DNA of 45,844 nucleotides from Myxococcota bacterium (GCA_041288095.1 JBGGMJ010000203.1:1-45844), one strand, 5' to 3'; positions 34,964 to 43,814 are shown, counted from the stretch's first letter. Notes: generated by a model from the sequence alone, not told the origin. Numbers and translations: made by a program.

Positions 34964-36066
34964 TAAACATTCACCTTGGGGCGAGCGGCATCCGTGAGCT
35001 CGACGCCGACACCGTGCAGCGGGTAACACTGCAATACGGGCGCCTGCGCATCGAGCGTCGCGAATAGCTCGCGCACGGGCTCGCCCGGGTAGCCCCAGCG
35101 CTCGATCATGCCCACGACCTGCTCGCCATGCTCGGCCCGCACCGCCTTGCCCTGGAAGAAGGTCGTGACCTTGAGCGTCGTGGGTCCGCTACCGCGGATG
35201 GCGAACGCCACCTCGCAATCACTCGACGACGCGTCCGATTCGGTGGCCTCGATGAGCTCTCTCGCGTGCTCGAGGCGGCCCTCGGCGATGCCACGCCGCA
35301 CCAAGTCTTCCATGAAGCCGACGGCTTTGGTGCGCGGCGCGTGGACGTACATCTTCACGCGGCCATCTTCATCGGCGAGATCGACGCCGAGACCCGTGAA
35401 CCGCGTGTCGCCGTTGGTCTGGTAGAGCGCGTCGTAGATGCCGGCGTTGCGCTCGGCGTCATTCAAGCCGCAGAGCTCGAGCACCTTCATCACCTTGTCA
35501 CGATGGGGCACCGACGTGTCGAGCCGCGTGTTGAAGTAGAGCTTGAGCTCCACGTCGTCGCCGCGTGGAACGACACCGACGAGCAGACCTTGAGCCAGCG
35601 CCGAAAATTCGGTGAGGCGATCGAGATTAGGAAAGACGGTACGAAAGATGTCGGCGGTCAGCTCGGCCTGCGCGTCGCCACCACCGGACTCGAGGTGGAA
35701 CTGCAGCGTGCCGCGCAACAACATGGTGAGGGCTTCGACGAGCGTGCTGCTGGTGCCGCCCTGCGTGAGATAGGCGAAGCCGCGCGGGCCGTCGCCGGCG
35801 AGCGTCAACACCATCTCCATGATCGCTGGGAGGCCAGACATGATCTGCTGCGCGATCCCGACGACTGGATCGAGCGGTCTGTCGCTCGCGCCACCGATGC
35901 GTTTGCCGAGCCGCTCGCGCACGAGCTTGTAGCGTTCGACCTCGCGCTCGGCATCGCCGCCGCACATCCGCGATAGCGCACGCACGGCCGCCTCGGCGCG
36001 CGCGTCGTATGTCGACAAGGTGTGTTTGGGCATCGCCTGCTCGATCAGGCGGGCGATCTGGCTCAC
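34945..36066 (-). CDS. Hypothetical protein resembling ABBA-fold (DMATS/LynF-like) prenyltransferases
   Basis: Repeated beta-hairpins LVGVV..-ELKLYFN, FTGLGVDL-RVKMYVH, EVAFAI-TLKVTTF, HGVGVEL-KVNVYVQP separated by helix pairs. GTG start overlaps the upstream TGA. The CDS is secure, the family call is tentative. Confidence 0.55.
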   Translation of the reverse strand: MSQIARLIEQAMPKHTLSTYDARAEAAVRALSRMCGGDAEREVERYKLVRERLGKRIGGASDRPLDPVVGIAQQIMSGLPAIMEMVLTLAGDGPRGFAYLTQGGTSSTLVEALTMLLRGTLQFHLESGGGDAQAELTADIFRTVFPNLDRLTEFSALAQGLLVGVVPRGDDVELKLYFNTRLDTSVPHRDKVMKVLELCGLNDAERNAGIYDALYQTNGDTRFTGLGVDLADEDGRVKMYVHAPRTKAVGFMEDLVRRGIAEGRLEHARELIEATESDASSSDCEVAFAIRGSGPTTLKVTTFFQGKAVRAEHGEQVVGMIERWGYPGEPVRELFATLDAQAPVLQCYPLHGVGVELTDAARPKVNVYVQPNI

Positions 36067-38177
36067 TTGGACCGCGACATCGCGAGCAGCTGGACCATCT
36101 GATTGAACAGGCCCTGCGCCTGCATGTAGTTCGAGCGAATGCGCCCATCCACCTCGGAGGCGCCGCGCTGCGCCGAGGAGACGAGCTCGGCGTTGATCTT
36201 CTCGAGCGCCGCCCGCAGGTGCTCGGAGACATTACCGACCAAGCCGGCGCCGGGCATCTTGAAGCCCTGCTCTTGTCCCTGACCTTGCTGACCACCGGGG
36301 CGTTGCTGACCACCAGGGCGTTGCTGGCCACCGGGGCGTTGCTGGCCACCGGGGCGCGCCGCGGCTGCGGGGTCGGCGCCGGGCTCAACGGACTGCGGCT
36401 GCGGTCCACCCGCGCGCGGTTGTCCTGGTCGTGTTTGGCCGGGACGGGTCTGCCCGGGTTGGTCACCGGTGGCGCTGTCAGGCGAAGGCACCGCGCCTGC
36501 TTCCCTGGCATCGGCTCGGCCCGTCTGCTGTCCGCCCGGCGTCTGTTGTCCGCCGGGTGCTTGCGTCTGCCCACCAGGCTGCTGCGACTGGCCCTCTGAT
36601 TGCTGTGACTGGCCCGCCGATGCCGCGGCGTCCATCACGCCCTTCATGGCGTTACCGAGCTTGAACGCTTCTTCGGCGCGCTCGAAGGCCTGGTTCATCT
36701 TCTCGATGGCGATCTTCGCCTTGATGCCTTCTTGCGCGAGCTTGTGCATCGCGTTGCGCAGCTCTTTCATCAAGCGGCGCGCTTCGGCTTCGTCCTTCTG
36801 GAACTGGAACATGAACTTCACGAAGAAGGCTTCCCAGTTGAAGTGCATGCCGTCCCACGACGTCGTCGTGTCGAAGCCGCCACCGTTGTTCACGAATGGC
36901 TCGTCGGTGGTGATGTCCGTCGCGCGCATGGCGCGGCCGCCCGCGCGAGCGCCGCGCAGAGACAAAGTGGCGCCGCCGCTCGATGATTCATTGGGCATGC
37001 GCGCCGGGGCGCGCGTGCTACGGCCGCCGACTGGGCCACCGACGTTGCCGGCATTGCCACCCGGGCGTGGACCCGTCGGCACGTTGGGTCCGCTCGGCGG
37101 GCCGGGCCTCGTGGGAACGGTTGGACCGGTCGGCGTAGGCGTCGTGGTCGTGCTCAGTGTCGTCTGTCCGAGCGGCGTCCGCCCCGAGGCGTCCGTCGCT
37201 TTGGCGTTCGCCATCACCGTCCGCCCAAGCGGAGTTGCTTCGCTGTGGACTGGCGCCTTCGGCTGCTCGCCTTTCGTCGGCTCGCGTTTCTTCGGCAGGT
37301 GGATGGTGTTCTGCGTTGGTGGCCGCGGCACCGTCGGATCGCCGTCCTGTGGCGTGACCGGTCGCCCACCTTCTTCGCCGGGACGCTGCGGGCGCTCTCC
37401 GGTCGTAGGCTGACCCACGGTGGGCCGGTTGAGCGTCGGGCGGTCCGGTCTGTCGTCCGTTGTCGGCCTCCCGGTCGTCGGCCGGTCGGTCGGCATGTCG
37501 CCGGCCTCGCCGCCCTCGGGCAACGGCCGCTGCGGCTTGTCGTCCGCCGAGCGCAAGCCGCGGCTCTGGCCACCGTCGGCGAGCTGACCTTCGTGGTGGG
37601 CGCCTTCGCCTTCTTGTCCGCCATCGCGGAGATGCGATTCGCGCGGCTGCGTTGGCGGCCGCGGCACCAAGGTCTCCGAGTAGTGCTCGACGGTGAGCGG
37701 CGAGGCTTCCGCCGAGCTGGGCTTCAAGAAGCTGAAGATCTTCTCGAGGACGTTGCTGGCGGCCTCGGCGGTGATCGGCGCGTGCGTCGCCGGCGGCAGG
37801 ATGGTCGGTGCGTTGGGGTCGCTGGTGACGAGCTGCCGCTGATGGCGGTTCAGCCCATCGGCGGTGTTCATCTCGCGGGGGCGGCCGATGAGCGTGCCCT
37901 TGTCTTCGGTCTTCTGCGCCTGCAGCGTCTCGCCGGCTACGGTTTTCAGAAACGTCTGCTGGGACTCGGAGGCGCGCTCGGCGCGCTCTGCTCTTGCCTG
38001 CTTGCGCAGCACCATGGCGCGCAGCACGTCTTCGTCGACGGCGCGGCCGGTACGATGCTTGATGTGCTCGCCAAGCGCCTCGACCTTTTCATCGAGCTTG
38101 GACTTCTTGGCGGACCCGTCCGTGCCAGCCGCTGGGGCCAGCCCTTCTCCGGTACGAACGGTGATGTTGTCTGCCAT
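36063..38177 (-). CDS. 704-aa low-complexity (P/G/Q/T/R) protein, candidate T3SS-secreted substrate
   Basis: Strong RBS GAGGAGG; no signal peptide; disordered repeats around helical FNWEAFFVKFMFQFQKDEAEARRLMKELR... and C-terminal amphipathic NYMQAQGLFNQMVQLL. Confidence 0.8.
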   Translation of the reverse strand: MADNITVRTGEGLAPAAGTDGSAKKSKLDEKVEALGEHIKHRTGRAVDEDVLRAMVLRKQARAERAERASESQQTFLKTVAGETLQAQKTEDKGTLIGRPREMNTADGLNRHQRQLVTSDPNAPTILPPATHAPITAEAASNVLEKIFSFLKPSSAEASPLTVEHYSETLVPRPPTQPRESHLRDGGQEGEGAHHEGQLADGGQSRGLRSADDKPQRPLPEGGEAGDMPTDRPTTGRPTTDDRPDRPTLNRPTVGQPTTGERPQRPGEEGGRPVTPQDGDPTVPRPPTQNTIHLPKKREPTKGEQPKAPVHSEATPLGRTVMANAKATDASGRTPLGQTTLSTTTTPTPTGPTVPTRPGPPSGPNVPTGPRPGGNAGNVGGPVGGRSTRAPARMPNESSSGGATLSLRGARAGGRAMRATDITTDEPFVNNGGGFDTTTSWDGMHFNWEAFFVKFMFQFQKDEAEARRLMKELRNAMHKLAQEGIKAKIAIEKMNQAFERAEEAFKLGNAMKGVMDAAASAGQSQQSEGQSQQPGGQTQAPGGQQTPGGQQTGRADAREAGAVPSPDSATGDQPGQTRPGQTRPGQPRAGGPQPQSVEPGADPAAAARPGGQQRPGGQQRPGGQQRPGGQQGQGQEQGFKMPGAGLVGNVSEHLRAALEKINAELVSSAQRGASEVDGRIRSNYMQAQGLFNQMVQLLAMSRSK
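36285..36356. repeat. 18-bp coding tandem repeat x4 (RPGGQQ)
   Basis: TTGCTGRCCACCRGGGCG at 36285, 36303, 36321, 36339. Confidence 0.9.
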
Positions 38178-38241
38178 CCTCCTCGCCTTGCGCCGTGACC
38201 GGCGCCGCTAGTGTCGGGCTAGCGTGGCGACCTCACGTGCA

Positions 38242-39285
38242 CTAGGTGCGCGTGATCGTCGTCGTGATCTGAGTCTGACGTTCGGCGTGCTCGGTCAAGA
38301 TCTTGATCGCTAGCTTCAGCATCTCGCGCGCCTCGTCGTAGTTCGACTTGGCGTTCTCGATGCCCTGCTCGAATACTTCCTGCATCAACTGGTGACGCAT
38401 GATTTCGATCTTCTTGTCGTCGGCTTCGCGCTGCGGGCCCGACGTCTTGTTGATGTACTCGCCGAGGCTGTTGATGAGCTGACCCAGGGCCGGGCCGATA
38501 GCCTGACCGACCGGACCCGCCATGGCGAGACCCATTTGCACGACCGCGGCCGCGATAGCGAACATGAGCTTCATCGCCGCCGCTTCGCGCTCGGCTTGAA
38601 TCTGCTCTTCGGTCGCCTTGATCTCGTTCTTCTTGGACTCGACCTTGCCCTTCTGCATCAGGGCCTTGATGTCGGATGCGAGCTTCGTGTCGATGATGCC
38701 GGTCTTCGCCATCGTCGACAACGCCGTCCACATGAGCGACGCGTCTTCGCTGCCGGTGCGGCTGACATAGTCGTCGAGGCGCGACTCGAGCTCCGAAGGC
38801 GAACGGGTGCTGACGTTGGTGGCGCGCAGCGCGCGGTTGGCGCCGGCGGTCGCGTTCACGGCGTTGATGTTACCGTTGACCGCGGCCGTGGTGGTCGTGG
38901 TGCCGTTGGTCGTCCCAGCGCGCAGGGTCGACGTCGTGTTCTCGGGCAACGTCGGTGGGCCGCCGAAGTCGAGCGCCGCGTTGGCGTTCGTGTCGCGGGC
39001 GTTGAAGCCGTCGCGCGACTGGATGCCGCGGGGGGTGAGCTCGAGTCCACGCTCGGCGAGGACGCGCGTGGCGCCGGTGGCGGTCTCGGTGCGGGCGGCG
39101 TTGAGCTGAATCTGGGCGCCGCTGCCGACGACGTTGGTCACCTTGCCTTTTTCGCCGGCGAGCGAAGCGCCGTCGACGACGCCGTCACCATCGGCATCGA
39201 GCGTGGAGATGCGATGCCTGCCGTCGCGTCGGATGTCGATGGCGAGGTTGCCTCTGTTGCTGCTCAAACCCGTTGTGCTGCTCAT
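38242..39285 (-). CDS. T3SS minor translocator-like protein (SctB/YopD-like architecture)
   Basis: S/T/N-rich N-terminus MSSTTGLSSN; coiled coil KKNEIKATEEQIQAERE; single hydrophobic segment MKLMFAIAAAVVQMGLAMAGPVGQAIG; C-terminal amphipathic helix; GGAG RBS. Confidence 0.65.
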   Translation of the reverse strand: MSSTTGLSSNRGNLAIDIRRDGRHRISTLDADGDGVVDGASLAGEKGKVTNVVGSGAQIQLNAARTETATGATRVLAERGLELTPRGIQSRDGFNARDTNANAALDFGGPPTLPENTTSTLRAGTTNGTTTTTAAVNGNINAVNATAGANRALRATNVSTRSPSELESRLDDYVSRTGSEDASLMWTALSTMAKTGIIDTKLASDIKALMQKGKVESKKNEIKATEEQIQAEREAAAMKLMFAIAAAVVQMGLAMAGPVGQAIGPALGQLINSLGEYINKTSGPQREADDKKIEIMRHQLMQEVFEQGIENAKSNYDEAREMLKLAIKILTEHAERQTQITTTITRT

Positions 39286-39322
39286 CGTCTTGTCTCCACC
39301 GCTATGTTTCCACCCAAACGAA

Positions 39323-40828
39323 CTAGCGAGCCATTGCCGCTGACATGAGCTGCTGGCGCGTCGAGAACGAAGCGTTCAGCATCTGAATGACCGACTCCAC
39401 CATCTGGTTCTTGAGCTCCATGATGGTGTTGATGATCTCTCCGGTCTCTTGCGTCTGATTCTGGTGCATGTCGCCCATGAGCGTGAACCGGGAGGCGTTG
39501 TTCTTCTCTTCTTTGGCGTCGAGGATTTTCATTTGCGCTTCGTACTGCGCGACGGCCACGGCGATTTGCATGATACCACTCAAGATCGCGCCGAGCGGGC
39601 CCATGAACGCCGCCAGGATGCCGATCATGCTCGCCATCTCGGCATACTTCTCGACCTTGTCGGCGTACTTCTGTGCCTCGCGCATCATCTCCTGCGCGCG
39701 CTCGATTTTCTTCTTGGCCTCTTCGATGGCCTGCTGCCGCATCTCGCTCGCCAGCGTGTAGAGCTTGTGCTGCGTTTCGACGTTCGCGTTCGGATCGTTG
39801 ATGTTGAGCTTCATGAACTCGGCGAGCAACTGATCGGACGACAGGTTGCTCATGTCGACGATGTTGAGCCGGGCGGCCAGCTCGCTGGCGTTGTTCAAGG
39901 CGCCGCTGCCGCGGTCGCGACGGCCGACTTGATCGGCCGTGGCCGTGAGGCGGTGCTGGCGCTCACGCGCAGCCGCGTTCGTGTTGGTGCCGGTGTTGAG
40001 CTTGGCACCGTTGGCCGTGGTGATCGTGTTGGCGTTGGCGCCGTTGTTGTTCGTGTTGCCGTTGCCGACTGGGACCGCGAGGTTGCCGCGGTCGACCGGC
40101 GTCGCCGCGCCGTCGACCGCCGCCGCCGCGCCATCGACCGGCTGATCTTGATCGACGACGCGCTCGAGACCACGCTCGGCGATTTCTTCTTCGTCACGCG
40201 CGTCGAGGCTCGGGACCAAGCGCACGAGCACGTTGTGGTTGGCTTCGGCGCGTGCCTCTTCGGTCGTGAGCACGCGCTGCTGCCCGTCACCTTGTTGCTG
40301 CGCGCCGGTATCGCCGCGCGGCAGACGCACGTTGTTTTCGAGCTGGAAGCGCGCGCCACCCGGCATGGCGTTCAAGGCAGCTGCGGTCTGCACCAAGTGA
40401 TTGCCCACGGCGCGATCGATGTTTTGCACGAAGCTGAGCGCGCTCTCCGACAAGCGGGGCGTCAGCTCGATGCGCGGTGCTTGGACGATGCCGAGCTGGA
40501 GGTCGTCGGTCTTCGGTTGGCTCTTCTCGACGCCGTCGGCGGTGGCGACGCGCACGGCGCTGGTCGCCGCTTGGACGCTGCTCGTGCTGTCGCCGTGGCC
40601 GGTGCTACCGACGCCCGCGCGCTGCAGCAGACTGGTCAGGCGTGCCGATTCGCCGAGCTCTTGCTCAGCGCGGATCTGGCTGTCGACGCGGCGGACATTG
40701 CGACGGTCTTCGGTGCGATTGGTCTCCGCGGCTTCTTGGGCGCTGTCGCCGCCGCGCGAACGCTTCGGGCCATTCAAGGTCGTATGCGCCTTGTTGCTGC
40801 CCTCGCGGTCTGGACGAATGACAACCAT
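39323..40828 (-). CDS. T3SS translocator-like protein (SctE/YopB/SseC-like architecture), paralogue 2
   Basis: Disordered N-half; RQQAIEEAKKKIERAQEM coiled coil; hydrophobic MASMIGILAAFMGPLGAILSGIMQIAVAVA; C-terminal helix; aligns with 41081..42556. Confidence 0.7.
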   Translation of the reverse strand: MVVIRPDREGSNKAHTTLNGPKRSRGGDSAQEAAETNRTEDRRNVRRVDSQIRAEQELGESARLTSLLQRAGVGSTGHGDSTSSVQAATSAVRVATADGVEKSQPKTDDLQLGIVQAPRIELTPRLSESALSFVQNIDRAVGNHLVQTAAALNAMPGGARFQLENNVRLPRGDTGAQQQGDGQQRVLTTEEARAEANHNVLVRLVPSLDARDEEEIAERGLERVVDQDQPVDGAAAAVDGAATPVDRGNLAVPVGNGNTNNNGANANTITTANGAKLNTGTNTNAAARERQHRLTATADQVGRRDRGSGALNNASELAARLNIVDMSNLSSDQLLAEFMKLNINDPNANVETQHKLYTLASEMRQQAIEEAKKKIERAQEMMREAQKYADKVEKYAEMASMIGILAAFMGPLGAILSGIMQIAVAVAQYEAQMKILDAKEEKNNASRFTLMGDMHQNQTQETGEIINTIMELKNQMVESVIQMLNASFSTRQQLMSAAMAR

Positions 40829-40878
40829 CAGCGGCCTCTAGCGCGAAGGGTCACTGGACCCAAAAAGCGCCTTGTCTA

Positions 40879-40908
40879 CACATACACTGGCCGGCTTCGG
40901 GCTGGTCG
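40879..40908 (-). promoter_or_regulatory. Motif B promoter (proximal)
   Basis: Minus strand CGACC-N15-AGTGTATGTG. Confidence 0.5.
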
Positions 40909-40948
40909 CGTTTGGTTGGGCCAAAACGCAAAAACTAACGGGGTGCGC

Positions 40949-40977
40949 GTTTACACGTGTCCGATCGCCTTGGGCTT
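40949..40977 (-). promoter_or_regulatory. Motif B promoter (distal)
   Basis: Minus strand AAGCC-N15-CGTGTAAAC. Confidence 0.45.
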
Positions 40978-41080
40978 TTCTTTTGCGCAAAAAGCTCGAT
41001 CGCTGATTCTGCGCGCTGGCGGGCGACACGTCCGCGCCTTCGTCGCTGTGCTTTTGAGCTTAAAGGCGCTGATTTAGTGC

Positions 41081-42556
41081 TTAACGCGCGACGGAGGCTG
41101 CCATGAGCTGCTGGCGGCTCGCCCAGGTCGCGTTGGTCATCTGCATCACGGCTTCGATCGTCTGATTCTTCTGTTCCATGATGGCGTTGATGATCTCGCC
41201 TTCTTCCTGGATGCGCTCTTGCTCGCGGTCCGCGCGCAGCCGTGCCCGGGTCGCCCCTAGGGTGGCTTCTTTGGCGTCGAGCATCTTGTCCGCGGCCTTG
41301 TAGTTGGCGCCGGCCGAGACGCCTTGAAGGGCCGCGCTCGTGCCGAGAGTGATCGCTTGGCTGTTGCCGAGGGTGATCGCGCCAGAGGTGAACGCCTGCA
41401 TGGCGACCTGCGGCACCATCTGGCGAGCCATCTCGTTGATGACCATTTCCTTGGCCGCGTCGACGGAAAGCTGAACACCTTCTTGCGCCGCTCGGTCGAT
41501 GACGGTCTGTACCGCGGCATTCTGGGCTTCGGTGCTCAAGCCATTGAACACGGTTGATGCCGCCTGCTTCGACGCTTCGCTGAGGGCCGTCTTCATGGCC
41601 TCGGTCGACATGCTTTGGGCGGCTTGCTGGAACGACTGCTTGAGGCTCTCGACCGCCGCTTTGATGGCCGCGTCCTTCGCGGCGTTACCGGCTGTCTGAA
41701 TCGCGGTGCTCGCGGCTGCCTGCGCGCTCGCGGCAATACCGGTTGCCGCCGCGCCCGCTCCAGCGCTCGCGCCAATCGCCGCCGCACCCAGTGGAGCCGC
41801 GGCGCCAAAGGTGAAGATCGTCAGCACGATGGAGATGACGGTCACGACGACGCTGATCATCTCGGCCTGCTTGGCGTAGGCCTCGGCTTCCTTCTTCATC
41901 TCGCGCGCGTTTTCGGACTTCTTCTTGGCGTCTTCGATTGCCTGTTGACGCAGAGTCGTCGAGAACTCGTAGAGCTTGTTGTGCGTCTCGACGTTCTCGT
42001 TGGGATCGTTGATGTTCAGCTTCAAGAACGCCGCGAGCAGCTCGTCGGGGCTGAGGCCCGACACGTCGCGATTGATGACCAGCTGACCGGTAGTCGACAC
42101 ATTGGCGGCGCGCTGGCGCGCATCGACGACCGCGGAGTCGACGGCGAGGCCGAGGTTGTGCGCGAAGGTCTCGGCCGCCACGCGCTGGGTTTCGGTGAGC
42201 TGCACTCGGGGCGCCGATGCCGGACGCAGCCGCGTCTCGGCGGTGCCGAAGACCTGCTGATGGGCGCCGAGCTCGTCGACCGTGTTTGTCCGCCCGAGCG
42301 GAGCGGCGCCGTTCGCGCCAATCGTGCTGGTGCTGCGGCCGGCTTCGGCTTGTGGCGTGACCTGCGTGCGCTGTGTTGCGTGATCGACCAACGTGTTCAA
42401 GCGCGCCGTGGTTTCGCGGGTGAGATTCGGCTGGTTGGCGTTCGCCGTATTGTCCTGCATCTGCAGGCGACGCACCGCGCTGCTCTGTTCGTCGAGCTCT
42501 CGCGTCTGACGCGTATCGAGACGCTCAGACGGATTCTGGCGGATGGTCGAGCTCAT
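41081..42556 (-). CDS. T3SS major translocator-like protein (SctE/YopB/SseC-like architecture), paralogue 1
   Basis: MSSTIRQNPS; coiled coil; TM MISVVVTVISIVLTIFTFGAAAPL followed by an Ala/Gly hairpin; directly downstream of the SycD/LcrH-like chaperone; GAGGA RBS. Confidence 0.75.
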   Translation of the reverse strand: MSSTIRQNPSERLDTRQTRELDEQSSAVRRLQMQDNTANANQPNLTRETTARLNTLVDHATQRTQVTPQAEAGRSTSTIGANGAAPLGRTNTVDELGAHQQVFGTAETRLRPASAPRVQLTETQRVAAETFAHNLGLAVDSAVVDARQRAANVSTTGQLVINRDVSGLSPDELLAAFLKLNINDPNENVETHNKLYEFSTTLRQQAIEDAKKKSENAREMKKEAEAYAKQAEMISVVVTVISIVLTIFTFGAAAPLGAAAIGASAGAGAAATGIAASAQAAASTAIQTAGNAAKDAAIKAAVESLKQSFQQAAQSMSTEAMKTALSEASKQAASTVFNGLSTEAQNAAVQTVIDRAAQEGVQLSVDAAKEMVINEMARQMVPQVAMQAFTSGAITLGNSQAITLGTSAALQGVSAGANYKAADKMLDAKEATLGATRARLRADREQERIQEEGEIINAIMEQKNQTIEAVMQMTNATWASRQQLMAASVAR

Positions 42557-42590
42557 TGATTCCTCAAACGCTGCGGCGGCTCAGTGAAGG

Positions 42591-42617
42591 GTACACGTAA
42601 AAGCGCCGCTCTGGTGG
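42591..42617 (-). promoter_or_regulatory. Motif B promoter (proximal)
   Basis: Minus strand CCACC-N15-CGTGTAC. Confidence 0.5.
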
Positions 42618-42632
42618 AGCATCGCCGTGGAA

Positions 42633-42661
42633 ACATACACGGGTGCTACGAAACTCGGGTC
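42633..42661 (-). promoter_or_regulatory. Motif B promoter (distal)
   Basis: Minus strand GACCC-N15-CGTGTATGT. Confidence 0.5.
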
Positions 42662-42680
42662 CGGCGGGTTACTGCCAAAC

Positions 42681-43814
42681 CTACGCGCCGAACTGTTTGA
42701 TGAGCACCTGAGCGCGCTCGGAGACCTGCGCCGCTTCCGGATCTTTCTTAGCAATTTCAAGGCCTTCGCGTACGATCGCGAGACCCGCATCGACGTTGCC
42801 GGAGAGGATTTTGCACTCTCCACGATAGACCAATGACATCGGGTCAGTAGGGTCCAGGATGAGCGCCATCTTGTAGTAGAAGTCGGCCGCTTCGTACTGC
42901 TTGAGTCGCTGCAGACAGATGCCGACGAGCTGGTAGTAGCGGCCGCTCTGCGGGTCGAGGAAGATCAAGTAGCCTGTAATCTGGATGCATTTCAGGACTT
43001 CGCCCATGTCGCAGTAACGGCAGGCGATGGCGTAAGCGCCGTCCATCTCGTCTTTGGTGAAGCCGCCCACCTGCGCATACGTCAGCCTACCCTCGGCGAC
43101 GGCCTTGCTGAGCTCCTGGATGGCGTCGCGCAGCTTGGGGTTCTTCTTCATGTCCTCCCAAGTGATGTCGCGTTGTTCGTCCATTGGGACGACGCCGCCG
43201 GTCGCGCCCACCCAGTCTTCGCTGGGGATGTTGACCAGGGCTTCCTGGTTCAGCGCTTCGGTTGCTTCATGGGCGATGCGCTGGCCCTCTTGCATGAGGA
43301 CGATGCTCGCCGGCCGACCGCCGCCGGCGCTGACGATGGCCCGGGCGCGGGCGATGTAAGGTCGGTAGTCCATGCGCGGGGTGCCGCGCTCGATCGCCTC
43401 TTGCAGCAAGGCGACGCCCTCTTCGGTGGCGCCGGCTTGGCAAAGACACTCGCCAAGGAAGACCTTGCTGGGGACGTCATCCGGGTCGATGTCCATGGCG
43501 ATGCGGTAGCAGTAGCCGGCCCGAATGTAGTCCTTGAGGGCGTGCGCGCAGGCGCCGAGACCGCGCCAAGCGCTCGCGCGATTGGTGTTCATCTGCAGGA
43601 CGAAGCCGAAGATGACCGCGGCGTACGGGTACTTCTGCGCCTTGTAGTAGGCGAGGGCGACGTTCTCCATGCCGATGAGAGCGCCCTCGCTGAAACCGAA
43701 GGCCTCAGCGGGGTTCTTGGCACCGTCACGAATCGACTCGAGGACATCCTCGAGCGTTCGCTCGGGGATCTTCCCGATGATGTCCAGCTCTTCCTGGGAC
43801 GGCGTGTAGGCCAT
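42681..43814 (-). CDS. Tandem SycD/LcrH-type (class II T3SS translocator chaperone) TPR protein
   Basis: Unit 1 FGFSEGAL.GMENVALAYY..QKY..A..IFGF....N....AW.GLGAC.....DY..A...Y..A..IDPDD......LGEC; unit 2 GGFTKDEMDGAY.IA....D.G........GYL..LDP...RYY..VG.C.Q..KQYE.A..YY..A..LDP.DP......GEC. Confidence 0.8.
   Translation of the reverse strand: MAYTPSQEELDIIGKIPERTLEDVLESIRDGAKNPAEAFGFSEGALIGMENVALAYYKAQKYPYAAVIFGFVLQMNTNRASAWRGLGACAHALKDYIRAGYCYRIAMDIDPDDVPSKVFLGECLCQAGATEEGVALLQEAIERGTPRMDYRPYIARARAIVSAGGGRPASIVLMQEGQRIAHEATEALNQEALVNIPSEDWVGATGGVVPMDEQRDITWEDMKKNPKLRDAIQELSKAVAEGRLTYAQVGGFTKDEMDGAYAIACRYCDMGEVLKCIQITGYLIFLDPQSGRYYQLVGICLQRLKQYEAADFYYKMALILDPTDPMSLVYRGECKILSGNVDAGLAIVREGLEIAKKDPEAAQVSERAQVLIKQFGA

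Noticed and set aside
36285..36356. Short direct repeats as a CRISPR array
   Set aside because: Contiguous in-frame 18-bp units with no spacers, and no cas genes in the window.
39303..42637. 11-nt reverse-complement match TATGTTTCCAC (39303) / GTGGAAACATA (42627) between two intergenic regions
   Set aside because: A single short match could be chance, and one copy overlaps a promoter box so is probably not fully transcribed.
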